A DNA stretch of 64,000 nucleotides from an uncultured Eubacteriales bacterium (lineage in GTDB: Bacteria; Bacillota; Clostridia; Oscillospirales; CAG-272). Location of the stretch: contig URPL01000002.1 in NCBI GenBank assembly GCA_900549725.1, positions 17,077-81,076 of the forward strand, given 5' to 3'. Position 1 is the first letter of the stretch. Every line of letters starts with the position of its first letter. Under the pieces are notes generated by a model, which had not been told where the DNA came from, made no database searches, and was given only the letters and a program-made list of their open reading frames with translations. This document shows positions 63,259 through 64,000 of this stretch, one piece after another. The position numbers were made by a program, and so were the translations under genes.

Positions 63259-64000
63259 ATGAATACACGCCAGGCAGCCTTTGTTTCCCTGCAGAAATAT
63301 GAAAACGGGGGCAAATATCTCAATATCGAAGCGGATACCGCCATTCGCCGCAATGCGCTCGAAGGGGCGGATCGGGCGCTGTATACCAATATCGTTTACG
63401 GTACCGTTGAGCGCCGCATCACGCTGGAATATCTTCTTGCGCAGCTGTGCGACCGTCCGCTTGCAAAAATTGACAGAAATGTTGCAATTATTCTGCGCAT
63501 GAGCCTTTACCAGCTGCGGTATCTTGACCGCGTGCCGGCATATGCCGTGCTGCAGGAGGCAGGCGAGCTGACCCGCCGCTTTGCGGCGCAGAGCGCCGTC
63601 GGCTTTGTCAATGCGGTGCTGCGGGAATATGAGCGGCGCGGCGCCGAAATTGCAATGCCCTCCCCGCAGGCGGATTTTGAGCGGTATCTTTCCGTTACCT
63701 ATTCCTATCCCGCCTGGTTTTGCGCGCTTTTGGTGCGATGCTACGGCAAGCGGCGCGCCGAGGCGATTTTGAAAGCATTTGAGAAAAATCCGCCGCTGAC
63801 TCTTTTTCCGAATTTGCTGAAAACCGACCGCGCAGGGTTGCTTCGGGCGCTGCGCGCCGAAGGAATCGCCTGCGAAGAAACACGGTATTCCCCCTATGGC
63901 GTGCGGCTGAGCCGCCATGTGCCCATCGATGCAATCACGCCGCTTGCGCAGGGGCTGTGCTTTGTGCAGGATGAAGCGTCGCAGCTGGCGGCGCTGGCGC
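63259..64000 (+). CDS. rsmB: 16S rRNA (cytosine967-C5)-methyltransferase RsmB, N-terminal part (3' end outside the window)
   Basis: My own translation from the ATG at 63259 reads MNTRQAAFVSLQKYENGGKYLNIEADTAIRRNAL...GFVNAVLREYER, a NusB-like N-domain. It continues to CFVQDEASQLAA, the start of the methyltransferase domain. The frame stays open to the window end, and the position after fmt is conserved. Confidence 0.85.
   Translation, partial: MNTRQAAFVSLQKYENGGKYLNIEADTAIRRNALEGADRALYTNIVYGTVERRITLEYLLAQLCDRPLAKIDRNVAIILRMSLYQLRYLDRVPAYAVLQEAGELTRRFAAQSAVGFVNAVLREYERRGAEIAMPSPQADFERYLSVTYSYPAWFCALLVRCYGKRRAEAILKAFEKNPPLTLFPNLLKTDRAGLLRALRAEGIACEETRYSPYGVRLSRHVPIDAITPLAQGLCFVQDEASQLAALA

Noticed and set aside
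1-64000. CRISPR arrays, tRNA or rRNA genes, IS elements and prophage genes.
   Set aside because: I inspected all intergenic regions longer than 60 nt. I found no regularly spaced direct repeats, no tRNA-like T-arm (GGTTCGAATCC-type) sequence, no rRNA-like sequence, and no transposase, integrase or recombinase ORF.

Overview
This is a high-GC, Clostridia-like (Oscillospiraceae-type codon usage) chromosomal segment that spans the replication-origin neighbourhood. The taxonomic placement is my inference.

Almost all of the window is conserved housekeeping synteny:
- dprA'-topA-trmFO-plsX-rnc, pepF, uvrBA and a small hexuronate pair (SDR, uxaC).
- dnaA-dnaN-recF-remB-gyrB-(pfkB kinase)-gyrA-tsaD, then an icd-like dehydrogenase and rex.
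- A long minus-strand block: tatD, metG, nagA, proCAB, truB, nrnA, rbfA.
- nifS-like desulfurase, a SLOG/CDF/DnaC-like/DnaD-like operon, a glycyl-radical enzyme and a GH31 hydrolase.
- yicC-remA-gmk-rpoZ-priA-def-fmt-Zn-peptidase-rsmB'.

I found no rRNA, tRNA, CRISPR array, transposase or integrase. Many long ORFs in the supplied track are antisense shadow ORFs, which are typical of GC-rich DNA.

Points worth a second look:
1. A stand-alone BrxD-like (DUF2791-type) P-loop ATPase plus Lhr/BrxHI-like helicase pair. It has its own promoter, is translationally coupled to a sugar O-acetyltransferase, is followed by a small 2-TM protein, and sits directly upstream of rbfA. No other BREX/Pgl genes are present.
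2. A structured repeat element of about 190 bp, present twice at about 90% identity in inverted orientation. Each copy abuts a stop codon, and together they bracket a 20.4-kb block that lies almost entirely on the minus strand.
3. A dense DnaA-box cluster followed by an AT-rich tract between tsaD and icd, about 9.5 kb from the dnaA-dnaN oriC-like spacer.
4. Twin perfect 16-bp palindromes 245 bp apart.
5. A 17-bp near-palindromic motif placed equidistantly inside both repeat copies.
6. An orphan glycyl-radical enzyme with no activase in the window.

All functional calls come from reading motifs and synteny by eye. No searches were run.
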